Below are positions 36,701 to 48,840 of a stretch of 64,000 nt of DNA, piece by piece (within the stretch, counting starts at the first letter, position 1; each line of letters opens with the position of its first letter). Both the position numbers and the translations under genes were made by a program. The notes below the pieces were generated by a model, which did not search any database, was not told where the DNA came from, and saw only the letters and a list, made by a program, of their open reading frames with translations. The DNA comes from Azolla caroliniana (lineage: Eukaryota > Plantae > Polypodiophyta): contig JBHGNT010000002.1 of assembly GCA_043228905.1 (NCBI GenBank), forward strand, positions 9,486,001 to 9,550,000, written 5' to 3'.

Positions 36701-39349
36701 AGAAGATGTTGGATTCCAGCACGGATAGGAACGAGTCAGACCAACGAGAGTCTGACTCCAAGGGAAGCGGTGACGGGTTTTCAAGAGCGAAGTCCGCATC
36801 GGCCGAGAAGACCTCGACATCGGCTAATGACCGATTACGCCGATCTACCCGCTGGAAGGATCCAGTTGTGCGGTTCGGATACAACGAGTACAAGGCACAT
36901 CATTATGCGTACATGACCCGTGTAGCGGAAGTGCGTGAGCCGGAGAATTGGCGCGCCGCGATGGAGGAAGAGATGCATGCATTGGCGGAAAATGCAACCT
37001 GGGACTTGGTTGACGCACCGAAAGGTGTGAAGCCGATCGGATGTAGGTGGGTGTACAAGGTCAACCGATACAAGGCCCGGTTAGTAGCGAAAGGCTACGC
37101 GCAGAAACACGGCATCGATTACGATGAGACGTTTGCGCTGGTCGCGAAATTGACGACCGTCCGTGTTTTGCTCGCGGTAGCTGCGGCAAAGGGGTGGCAC
37201 TTACATCAGATGGATGTAAAGAATGCGTTCCTGCAAGGTAAGCTTGAGGAACAGGTGTACATGGTACAACCCCTCGGATTTCACTCCGGAACGAACACGT
37301 CGGTAGTGTGCCGATTGAAGAAGTCCCTTTACGGACTGAAGCAAGCCCCGCGTGCTTGGAACGCGAAGATCACGTAGCAAGTACGTCGAATGGGCTTTGC
37401 AATGTCAAAATCGGACTCTTCCCTGTTCATCCGGAAAGGTCAACTCGGGTCGGTTAGTATTTTACTATATATGTTGATGACTTGGTTATCACCGGCGCCG
37501 ACCTAGGTGAAATCGACTGCGTGAAGCTCCAACTTGTGGCTTCATTCGACATGAAGGATCTGGGGGACCTTCATTACTTCCTCAGGATCAAAGTGATCCA
37601 CACCCCCGAAGGCATACTGATCAACCAACGTCATTACGTGCTGAATATGCTCTCCAAATTCGGGATGGCCGACTGTAAGTCCGTCTCGACTCCTCTGTAT
37701 AGAACCGTCAAGTTTCACCCCAACTCCGGAAAGGTATGCGACCCGACGAGGTTCCGACAAATTGTCGGAAGCCTTATCTACTTGACAATCACCCAACCCG
37801 ATCTCAGTTACCCGGTCGGGGTGATCAGTCAGTTCATGGCGCGACCTACCGAGGAGCACCTTCAGTGTGCGCAACGCATACTGCGGTACGTAAGCGGCAC
37901 TAAGGATCGGGGATTACTATACCGGACCGGTACAACCTTGCAGTTGGTCGGCTACACCGATGTTGATTGGGCTGGCAACGCCACCGATCACTGATCCACG
38001 TTCGGATACGCGTTCCCTCTTGGGAGTGCCGCGATAGCGTGGAGCAGTAAGAAGCAGCCGACAGTTACACGAGCACCGAAGCCGAGTATAGAGGAGCGGT
38101 TGTCGCGACATGCGAAGCCATATGGTTGAAGTGGCTACTTAAGGACTTGCAAGAGGAGGTATCCGATTCGACGACAATCTACTGCAACAACCTCAACAAC
38201 ATCTAGCTCGCGAAGAACCCCATTTTCCACACACGGACCAAGCACATTGAGGTGCACAACCATTTTGTCCGTGAGCATGTCCTTTTTGGTGAAGTTGAAC
38301 TTCAGTATGTTCCGATGGATCGGCAAACTGCCGACATCTTCACCAAGCCCCTTGGTCTGGACAAGTTGCGGCAATTCTTGGGTGCCCTTGGGTTGCGTCA
38401 CCTCGACGTGCCAAACTTGAGGCGGAGAACAGTCTCGAAAGACCGAGCAAGGGAGTAGGAAGTGAGCGGAAGAGGCCGCGACACCGAGTCGGATGACGAA
38501 TTCGACTTCGGATCGGCTGAAGAAACCGAGGGCGGATCAACGGAAGAGAGCAGACATAAGGGGAGCAGCCGAAAGAAAGAGCCGAAGCCAACCAAGGATT
38601 AGGGAGATGATGTCGTCAAGGGCGAGAAGACCGAAGACGAGTTGGAAACAGCCAACTCGGACGAGAGCGAAAACTGATCGGAGGTAGCCGAGTCAGTTTG
38701 GATGTTTGATTCGGATACACTGAATCAACTGAGGGCCAAGGGGAAAAGAAGGCAGCAGGAGAAGCGCCAACACCACGATAGCAAGGGAGTTGTGAAGGGA
38801 CGCGGAAGCAGACAATCCAATCGGAAGTGTCAAAGCGCACGAAGTCGAACAGTCCGAGGAGCGTGAGCGAGGAGTGGAGCTAGGAGGAACCGGAGCGGTG
38901 ATCCGGAAGATCCCGAAGAGCCCCTAGTTGAGCTTGAGGGTGAGTGTTGAGAGACAAGCTCAACATCGGCCGGATCGGCTGAGCAAACCGAGGACTGGAT
39001 CGGTTGGAAACCGGTACGCAGACCGGTGCGTAGGAAGGCCGGATCGGTGCAGAAACCGGGAGGCCATCGGAAAGATATTCCGCAAGGAATATATTTGGGA
39101 GTTAGTGCGGAAGCATTTTTTTTGAGCAGTCAAGTATTGTCAGTACTTGTGTCAGCCCGATTGTCAGGGTTTGTATAAAGGTGCTCACTGAGCACATCCT
39201 ATGTATATATTGAGTATTATTTCGAATATAGTTCTGCTTTTTACTCTCTCTGTCTCTCCCATGCGTACTATGCAAACCTAAGCTTTCCATTAAACCCACG
39301 TTTTCTGTTGTTTGGTTTCCTATATTGCTTCCACACACCATTCTTTTCA
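33712..39349 (+). mobile_element. Element C: complete decayed Ty1/Copia inserted in the 5' LTR of B
   Basis: TSD ATTTT (33707-33711, 39350-39354); LTRs 33712-34115 and 38945-39349; PBS CGGTATCAGAGC; gag [52 protein letters not shown]; PPT before 38945. Confidence 0.96.
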
Positions 39350-40764
39350 ATTTTCTATAATAAAACATAAATGAAAATAATATTCTACGTATTACAATGT
39401 ATGGTGTAATGGTCAAGAGCTCGACCCATGTAGCATAAGGTCATGGGTTCGAGTCTTGCCATATCATGACACATATGACACGAACAGTTCGAAGGATCGC
39501 TTAGTATCCCGAGCCTAAACTTCGACAAACTCGAAAAATGGGTAAATCCTCCACCCCAACACACGGGTACAACTCCCTCGTTGTAACACCAACCAACACC
39601 CCTCTCTCCCAACCGACCTCAATCAAAGAAGGCAACACAACCCTGCTCCAGCAAATATTAAATTTAAAATTACGACTCACAATATGTGAAGTACAGAGCT
39701 ACACAGGCAATTTCGTGACCGACAACCCCCAACTACGACCTATACTCGCCAAGGAAATAGAGTTCACACTTGAAGAGCTACTCAAACTGGACATCCAACC
39801 ATGGCACGACGTCCTTTGCCGCCTCAATGAAGGCCTATCAGCAAGTTACGGAGAAAAGATACACACCCACGTCCCTCATACTACCACAGTCCCCCAACAA
39901 TCCGAAGGAACACCGGTAGATATATGTGAAGCTCACTTCGAGAGCGACGTTACTAGTTTCACTCTCCCCGTCTGCGTCAACAGCACAACGTGTGACATGA
40001 TCATTGACACCGGAGGAAGGGTAAGTATAGTCAGTTACGATTGTTGGTGTAAGTGGGGGAGCCCAAAAATGTTTCCTTCAGACATCAAACTCTGAATGGC
40101 AAATGGGTTCATGCAACAGCCAGAAGGCATGATCCCTGCACACCACTTCACTATCCAGAGGGTCGAGTTCAATCTCACCTTCGTTGTCATGAGATCATCC
40201 AATCATGGGGCTTACGAGTGTTTACTAGGGAAACCATTCCTACATGTAAGCCGCCTTGTGATGGATTTTGGGAATGATACAATCTATATGTGTAAAAACA
40301 ACAAAACCTTTCGCATCAAAGCATACACACAAAAAGTGCACGAACAAGAAGGCAACCCTCTCGTGGACGATTGGTCAGAAACCACAGAGTTTGAAACCAA
40401 CCTCCTAGCATGTAACCCCACAAACATAGTTCAGATCTTGGATAGGGGTCAACCGTTTCCCCAAAAATCCACTAATCTTAGGGTAGAGAATGCAAGAGAA
40501 GACCAATCTGTAGCTTCCGATTCGTCAGAGATGAATTGGGTGCACGCTCTCGCCACGACCGACGCAATGTACCCCATTGGTACAAAGTGTCTCGACGAGG
40601 ATGGAGACACGATCTCGTGTTTTAATGTCACCACTCTTGTACCCCATCGAAAACAAGTAGACGTAAAAGACGAAGACCTACCGCAACGAATCACGTGCTA
40701 GGAAGAGGATGCGACCACTCGGAAGACCTCAATAGAGGTGGACTTCCCGGAGCAATTCAAACTT

Positions 40765-40933
40765 TATGAACAAGGTGTTACGAAGGCGCTACAACTCTTC
40801 TGTGTGCACAACGGCTCGTGATGTGTTGTATCATTTATTGCTCAAGACAGAAAGGAATGGGAACTGTGTATGTTTTTCCATGCTCAATCCCTTCGTAAGA
40901 ATATCAACAACTTGCTTATTTGTACTTACGTAC
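40765..40933 (-). mobile_element. Copia RNase H C-terminal remnant
   Basis: Minus strand reads YVSTNKQVVDILTKGL from 40932. Confidence 0.6.
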
Positions 40934-42830
40934 TATTGGAAAAATCGATCTCTCCGGATGGGATCCGGTGATGAATAAAGAGGACCCAGTGAGAACCGGA
41001 AGAGATCCAGAAACCGGATCGGTGGACCCGGTGAGAACCTGAAGAGAAGATAGATTTGTATATATGTCTTGAATAAGCCCATTGAGACTATATTTGTAAA
41101 TAGCCCTAAGTTCATATAATTATAAATATGACTTAGGGAAATCACTTTAGTGAGTGAGCGAGTGTGATTGTGTTGTTGTCATATTGCTACAACTGTTGTA
41201 CAGAGAGAGGGAGAGAGAGAGATACAAAGCGATACTTCGTTGTAACCACCACTGTGCGAAGAAATAGAGCTTGAGGTCGTTGCCTCCGAGTCTCTAATTG
41301 TACTCCTTCTCTTCATAGTGATAGTTCGGAGTTTGTGGGCTCCTGTGGTTTTTCCCTATTAGGGTTTTCCACGTCAACATCGTGTGTCATTTTCTTGTGT
41401 ACTCTCCACTTCCCATTTTTGTGTTTGAGTCTTAAAGAAGTGATTTACTACTCAGTTGTGGCCGAACGATATTCCGCGCATTTCTCTACAAACTAGTATC
41501 AGAGCATACAACACAGAAAATGGAAGAATCGTTCGGTAACATGTTCAAGCTCACCGGCCCCAACTACTCAATGTGGAAGTCGAAGATGAGGGACATGCTG
41601 GTGGTTAAAGATCTCTGGTTGCCAGTTCAGTTTGGGGACAAGAGATCGGATAAGATCGACGCCAAAGTGTGGGAGATGATGCACATGAAGACAGCGACAT
41701 ACATCCGGTGTTTCATCGACATGAGCCTGTACAACAACTTCAATGAAGAGAGTAAGGCTCATGAACTCTGGGAGAAGATCGACATCATGTTCCAGAACAA
41801 GGATGTCGTTAATCAGGTTTCGGTATTCTGGAAGCTAGTGAGGCTCCAGTACCAAGACGCCTCTAGTATGGTACATCAAGCAACCTCGCTGGAAGTACCT
41901 TTTGCCGATGAGGTACTCGCATTGCTCCTGCTCGGTTCCCTCCCGGATAGCTGGGAGACATTAGTTGTCACGTTGGACAACACCGGGCCGGAAGGAAAAC
42001 AGTTATCCCTAGTACAAGCTTGCTAGATGAAGAAGCTTGCCGGAAGGACTGGGAGTCCGGAACCGACCCGAAGGCCTTGGTCACGGAAGATGACCACAAC
42101 CGGAGAAGAGGCTGGTATCGGAGTCCCCAGAACCAGGAAAAGTCGGGGACATGGTCAAAGTCAAGGGGGAGGTCCACTTGCTTCTATTGCGGCAAGCCGG
42201 GCCACTTCTAGAAGAACTGTTGGCATTTTCGGAAAGACAAGGGAACCGACAGTACCAATTCGAAGAAGTCACCGAACCAAAACGGTTCGGATTGGCGAGG
42301 CCCGGACCGGAAGGGAACGACGGCGATTGCAGCCAATGAAGAAGAACTAATGCTCATCACCGAGAGAGTGAGTTGAGCCTTACCTTCGACAAGACAACGT
42401 GGGTTGTCAATTCGGAAGCGTCGATCCACCTTACCCCGGACCGGAAATGCTTCTCATCCTACACAGTCGGTGAGCACGGTTGTGTTCGGATGGGGAATGA
42501 AGGGACAAGATGAATTATCGGCATAGGAGATGTGCCGTTGACGACATCAACCGGATGCAAGTTCCTGCTCAAGGATGTCTTACACGTTCCGGAGGTTCGA
42601 CTAAACTTGATATCAGTCAATCGACTAGATGATGAAGACTACACAGGTAGCATCCGGAATGGTGTCATGAAGTTCTGCAAAGGGAGCTTAATAGTGGCTC
42701 GAGCCCGGAAGGTCAACACATTGTACTTGATGCATGGCCGGATATGCCGGGATGAAGTGAACGTAGCATCTGACACTGCCGGTGAGCTGTGGCACAAAAG
42801 ACTATGTCACATGAGTGAGAAGGGGATGAA
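40934..42830 (+). mobile_element. Element D: Copia (Tnt1/Tork-like) 5' part
   Basis: LTR ~40934-41490 ending TTTCTCTACA; PBS-like TAGTATCAGAGC; gag LLLGSLPDSWE, CFYCGKPGH; GAG-pre-integrase LWHKRLCHMSEKGM cut at 42830. Confidence 0.88.
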
Positions 42831-45800
42831 TGTTAGCCGACCGGCAAGGGTAGTCCAGAATAGGAAATGAGGGGATAATTAATAACCGAGAACTGATTAT
42901 ATATTTATATAGAATTATTATGATTTGAGAAGTGAACAGACGGACATGGAATCGGTATGCCGATCCGGATACAAACCGGTTCGTAGTTGGTTGCCGGTTA
43001 GCACCGGTTTGTACCTAAAACCGAAGACCTATAAAAAGGGCCCGGTTAGATTGTAATCATTAGCGGATAATTAATAGAGTGTTGTTGTTTTGTATCTTAA
43101 TCATTGTTAATTACCATTCTGTGCTAAGTGTAATTTATCCTACGCGTGTATTGTGACTAATGATATTGCCGCTAGTAACCAATTAGGGTTCCATTAATAG
43201 TCGGTCTAACTCTATCTTACCGCAACACCCTTTGGTGAAGTGTCTCAAGGGGACACCTTGTGTTAGGCCATTGTCCGGCCCTAGTGATAACACAGTTTTT
43301 GGCGACCATGAATCCTGCACAAAGGCAACGAACAGTGGCGGGCATGGATGACTAGACCAACAAACGACGCGGTTACGGAGCGAGCAAAAAGACTTGTCGA
43401 ACGATTGTGAAAGCGAGAGACTTTCCAACAGGCGGCAGAAGAGCCGTGCGGATCAGTCATTTTCGAAAGTAATCCGGCGACAGGATTCCCAACCGAACGA
43501 AGGAAGTAACTTTAGCAGTCTCCGGGACGCGGAATCCATTCTGTAGGAACTAGCGACAGGGGGAGGTGATTTGGAACCATTCTCGGCCTTTGAATCGGAT
43601 TCGGACGGCGAATGCAGCGTCCATTCGAATTACCGTAGCAGCCACAATAGCCCAGACGGACCGGAGGACGAGCAGTCAGATACCTTGCCGACACCAGAAC
43701 CAGAGTTAACGGAACTGGAAGCCCAGACTGGCAAGTGGCGAACCAATTTCTGACACCGCCACGTAAGACACCTAAAGAAGAGAAGGAAAGACCTCCAAGA
43801 TCGAAGGAAGTAGAGGGGAGACCTCTGACACCAGACGATGACATGTCGTTCCAATATCCCAAGTACAAGGATGATCTGGACGCAGAAGCTCATGTCTATG
43901 CATTTTTGCAAACATGGGAAGCAAACCACGTGTCGCAACGCTTGACCCCCGCCACCGTAGAACGCTCAAAGATGGCAGAGTTCAGCATGACTTTGGAAGG
44001 ACCAGCAGCGCGATGGCGCTTGACGCACACTCTCGGCACCATCATGACGTTTGAAGACTTAAAACCCATATTTTTATAGTTCTTCAACAAGGAGGTAGAT
44101 CAACAGGAGATGGTCGGCCTATTCTACACCATACGGCAGGAACCTACGGAAACCATTCAACAATTCGTAATCCGATTCGAGCGAATGCACAGTCAGTTCA
44201 ATCGGGCATCACCGGAGGCAGAGGCTAAGGCAATATTCCTAGCAGCACTCCGGGAACCCATGCATACGGTGTGCGCAGTGATTGATTTCTGCACCAACAC
44301 GATCGACCAAATCATAGAAAGGGTCAGGGAGATGGAGAAAACAAGCTCGTGGCTAACAATGGGGGCACTCCAGCGTACATTATCGACAGAGGATGACTTA
44401 CGTTTTCGACAAGCAATACAATGTACGACTTGTCTTAATGCTGGGCACTCGGCAATAAAATGTACCATGCGGACACAGTGCATGTTATGCCATTTGAGGA
44501 CACACACAATGGACCGATGTGAATATAACTTGCTGAACCGGCAAGCGGCACCGGTAAGGCAAATCGAACCTCGGAGCAACCGGGAGGAGGAAGAAGAACG
44601 TTGGCGGCGAGATGAGTGTTATCGGCGGACGGAAGATATCCGGAACAACGACAGAAAGGACGCTCCCGACCGAGACCGGCAGGATAGCTACCGGGATTAC
44701 AACGGTGAACGATATGAGCAATACAACCGGGATCACTCCCCCGGTTACAACCAACGGAGGGAGGATCAAGGCAACTATGACAACCGGCCCCAACAAGGTT
44801 ACCGGAACAAAAAAATCTTCAACAAAAAATGGAACGCTAGAAAGGAGGACCGCCAGTGGTAGCCGGACAAGGGCCTGTCAAGTACCCAACTAGACCAAGG
44901 CCAAGCACCCAACCAACCACCAATAGGACCTCAACCAGGTACCGGAGGGAACGCCGAATCCAACAACACCCGGAAAGCGTACTACTACTATTGTCGGCAA
45001 GAAGGACATTACAATAATCAATGTCTGGTTAAAAGCTACGAGAAAAGACCAACCGTAAATATGGTGGTAGCAGAAGTCGCCGACATACAACAAGTCACCA
45101 CCAGGGCAAAAGGAAAAACGGAGTGGGAAACACAGGAGGCAATCCGAAAGCAAGCCACCGAGTGGGTGAAGAAGGCAAATGAGCAAAATGTGGCTGAGCT
45201 TGAACAACAAATGGAGAAACTAGAAGGGGCCACTGACACGATTCCGCCGGGAAACCCAACATGGCAAGCGTTAAGAGAATGTCAGATTACGCTACCATTG
45301 GGTCGGTTATTACAGCTAGTGCCCCGGTTTACGGAAGGGCTGAAATTAGGAATGACCACATCAATTCCGTTGCCGGCTCCTGCGTTCTTCTCGAATCCGG
45401 AAGAAGGGCCAGCAGTGGTAGACACGAACAGTCCGGCAATCACCGCCATCGTCAAAGGACAAGAACTACCAGGGACGATTGTGGAGAGGATCGGGCGTGA
45501 ACGTGATTAGTCTACGGACTTGTAATACCCTGGGAATACAGGAATGGGAGCCTTGCCCGTTTTGGCTCCGGATGGCGGATACAAGTTTGGTAAGACCTAC
45601 CGGTTTGATACAGGATCTAGACGTAACTATCGGAGGTCACACATTCCACATTTCGGTGGTGGTTCTGCAGCTCAATGCGGAAGGGGCTTACCCACTGTTG
45701 CTAGGCTGCCCATGGCTAAAAACGGCGCATATCAAACAAAACTGGAGAAAAAACATGATTACCTTCCGGCGTGGAAAGACTAAAGTAAGGGTACCTACCC

Positions 45801-47172
45801 ACCCTCGAGCGAGTACTGGCAAGGAGCTGACACCGCTATATGTGGAAGGTGTCAACATGCTCGAGGGGCTTGCGGATGAAGAGGTCGACCAATAATTAGA
45901 AGAAAACCCAAAAATTGTACCCCTATTTGAAATCGATGTGGCGGAAGTAGTGTCACCATATAGAATGCAATCGGACGACGCCGTCGAGGAACCAGATCGG
46001 GAAGCTATCAGAGAATTACGGCAAGCCCAAGAAGCTCTAGAGAGGGAGATGGCGGTATCCCAATGCATGAAAGCATCCCAGTTAGAGGAAGTGAACTTAG
46101 GAACCGGGGACGACGCCAGACCGGTTCATATTGCTAAGGAAATGTCACCGGACAACAAGACGACAATGATCACTTTATTAAAGGAATTCCAGGACGTATT
46201 CGCCTGGTCATATGAAGACATGCGGGGGCTGAATCCTCAGTTGTACCAATACCAAATACACCTCAGCAAGGATGCCAAACTGGTAGCACAACGACCTTAC
46301 CGGATGAACCCTAACTATGCGGCAAAGGTCAAAGAGGAATTTGACAAGTTGCTACGGGTCGGTTTCATCCAACCAGTGAAAAAAGCTACATGGTTAAGTC
46401 CCATAGTTGTCGTGCCGAAAAAGAACTGTAAGATCCGGGTGTGTGTTGACTACCGGAAACTCAATGCAGCGACAATAACCGACGCTTTTCCCCTACCGTT
46501 TACGGATGGAGTGTTGGACGCGGTAGCCATTCATGAAGTGTATAGCTTCCTAGATGGTTTCAGTGGCTACAATCAAATTAGGATGCACCCCGACGACCAA
46601 GACAAGACGACCTTCGTCACCGAATGGGGAGTCTTTGTAGCAGTGGTAATGATGTTTGGGCTCAAGACCGCGCCGGCGACCTTCCAACAAATAATCATGG
46701 AAATATTTGGCGAGTTCATTCCGGCATTCATGTAGGTATTCCTGGATGACTTCGCCGTGTATAGCCGAGAAGGAGAACATCTCCAACACCTCCGGTTATG
46801 TCTCGAGAAATGTAGGAGTTATCGGCTAAGCCTAAATCCAGCAAAGTGTGTGTTCTGAGTAACAAGAGGTGCATTACTGGGCCATCTTGTCAGCAACAAC
46901 GGGATCGCGGTAGACCCCGATAAGGTGAATGCAATCATAGAAGCACCAGCGCCATCCACGGCCAAAGCTTTGAGTCGGTTTCCAAGGAAAATCCGGTGGC
47001 ATAGCCGGATGCTCCGGTATTTGGCCGATCTAGCTACACCATTGCATGTCGCGGTTCATCGGACACCGTTCCAATGACCAAATACGGAGGATGAGGCTTA
47101 CCAGGCACTGAAAGTACTGCTATCACAAGCACTGGTAGTACAACCACTGCACTAGTCAAAAGAATTCCACGT
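42831..47172 (+). mobile_element. Element E: non-chromovirus Gypsy (Tat-like) 5' part
   Basis: LTR TGTTA...ATAACA 42831-43292; PBS-like TGGCGACC at 43300; gag 43735-44862, knuckle, protease, RT (IRVCVDYRKLN, FLDGFSGYNQI, FLDD); stops at KEFHV. Confidence 0.88.
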
Positions 47173-47722
47173 TGTCGCATTGTTACGCGCGTGCGTGGAG
47201 AACGAGGCGGGACCACGGGGGCCTTGGACCGAGAAATAACCGAATGAGAAGAGGGGGGAGGCGGAACTACCGATGTACTTCACATGCGCACAAACACACA
47301 GATTCACAGGAGTTGCCGAATCAACCGCCAAGCGACTCCCTGCCGAATCAACCTCGCGGGAGGGACCCCACTCCCTATAAATAGAGGGATGCTTTAATGT
47401 ACCTGTTGAGATATCAAGCTCAACTAGTTTAATCTAGTTAGTCAACACATGTAACTTAGTAGTTACCTAGATCGAATCTAGTTAATGTGTTGACCTTAAG
47501 CCTTTAAATAGGACCTTGTACTTAAGTGGGATATTCTAGACCCTCCAATCCTTAGTACATTTAATGTAGGACTTGCACATAAGTACCTATGTTCTACCCA
47601 CACATGTGCATATTTGCACATGGGTTGTATATATACCTCATTGTGGGTATTCTTGTATGTTGATGACACTTTTCAATATAGTCAATCATCCCCCAATTAT
47701 CTTCGTGTTCATAAGTGTAACT

Positions 47723-47793
<71 letters not shown>

Positions 47794-48840
47794 ATGTGCA
47801 TATCATATTAATCTTCCGCTGCTTAACGTAACCATATAATTAGTCTCTAATTAACCCTAGTTAATTACCTAATTACTTAACATGGTATCAGAGCGCGTGG
47901 TTTAGGAAATCCACTGAGCCCACCGCTTATTCGTGATTGTGTGTTCAAGACGCCTACGACAAATCCCGGCTATTCGCTATCCACTACCGTAGTGCCACAA
48001 CGAAGGACGTGTACACGACCAAGAGAAGAAAAACAAAACGGAAGACACAACAATCAACATGAACACACAAATGGGAAGCTCACTCCCTAGCGAAAAGCTA
48101 GACCGAAGCAACTATTCATCTTGGGAGTACAAGATGAGTCAATACCTTGTCGGCCAAGGGTATTGGAACTACATCAATAGCGCACAAGAAAACAAACCCA
48201 AAATCACACACGCCAACTACCCAACGTGGGAGCAAGGCGCGAGTCGGGTAATGTATTGCTTGGCAACATGTGTAAATGACCACATGCTTAGCCACATTCA
48301 TGACGCCAAGACGTCCAAAGAGGCGTGGGAAAATCTCAAGAAGATTTTCGCCGCGGACACATCCGCGCAAGCTTCAACTGCACCAAGAGTTGAACAACAT
48401 ACGACAAAAAGAAATGTCTATGATGGACTACACCGCCAAGATCAAGAGCATTTACGACTCGCTTGGCCCCATCAATGTCAACATCGATGAAGACGAGATG
48501 GTGCAAGTATGCTTGGGAGGCCTTGCACAACGATTCAACCCGTTGAGAATGGCAATCTTGGCGAGAGATACCCCTCCCTTGTTCTTCAACCTCCAATCAA
48601 TGCTATTGGTCAAAGAAAACCACGTTCAATCAAACACCAACACATCAGAAGGACAAATGCTCTTCTCCAATACGGATGGTGCCCATAGACGAGGTCGAAG
48701 CGGAAGAGGTCAATTTGACGTATCCCACAAAGGGAATTCACAATTTCGGCAAGGAAACGGAAGCCATCAAGGAACCTTCATAAGAAGGGGGAGCTTCCAC
48801 GCCGAACAAGGTCGGCGAACGACGCCACCTACGTGCAACT

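Larger units (their letters stand above)
28185..39471 (-). mobile_element. Element B: complete but decayed chromovirus Gypsy (Tcn1-like)
   Basis: TSD CATAT (28180-28184, 39472-39476); 3' LTR 28185-28616; PPT 28617-28630; chromodomain YLVDWLGYSPSERTWEP ~28680-28840; INT, RH, RT (YLDD), PR (LLDSGA), gag 32173-33317; 5' LTR 33405-39471 split by element C. Confidence 0.95.
23977..40760 (+). mobile_element. Element A: degenerate non-chromovirus Gypsy (Athila/Tat-like), split by several insertions
   Basis: PBS at 24198; Retrotrans_gag (ETVRDYI 25683-25886, LMSHFINGF from 26336), zinc knuckles near 27200 and 27650, protease IIDTGG near 40000; host rejoins across TSDs ACAAA and CATAT. Confidence 0.75.

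Noticed and set aside
39395-39471. Functional tRNA gene
   Set aside because: A and B boxes are present but I could not fold an acceptor stem or anticodon arm; lies within both LTRs
47573-47839. SLSL/RERE ORFs (also 50837-51163, 58520-58749)
   Set aside because: Translations of (CT)n/(GA)n microsatellites in LTRs and a MITE
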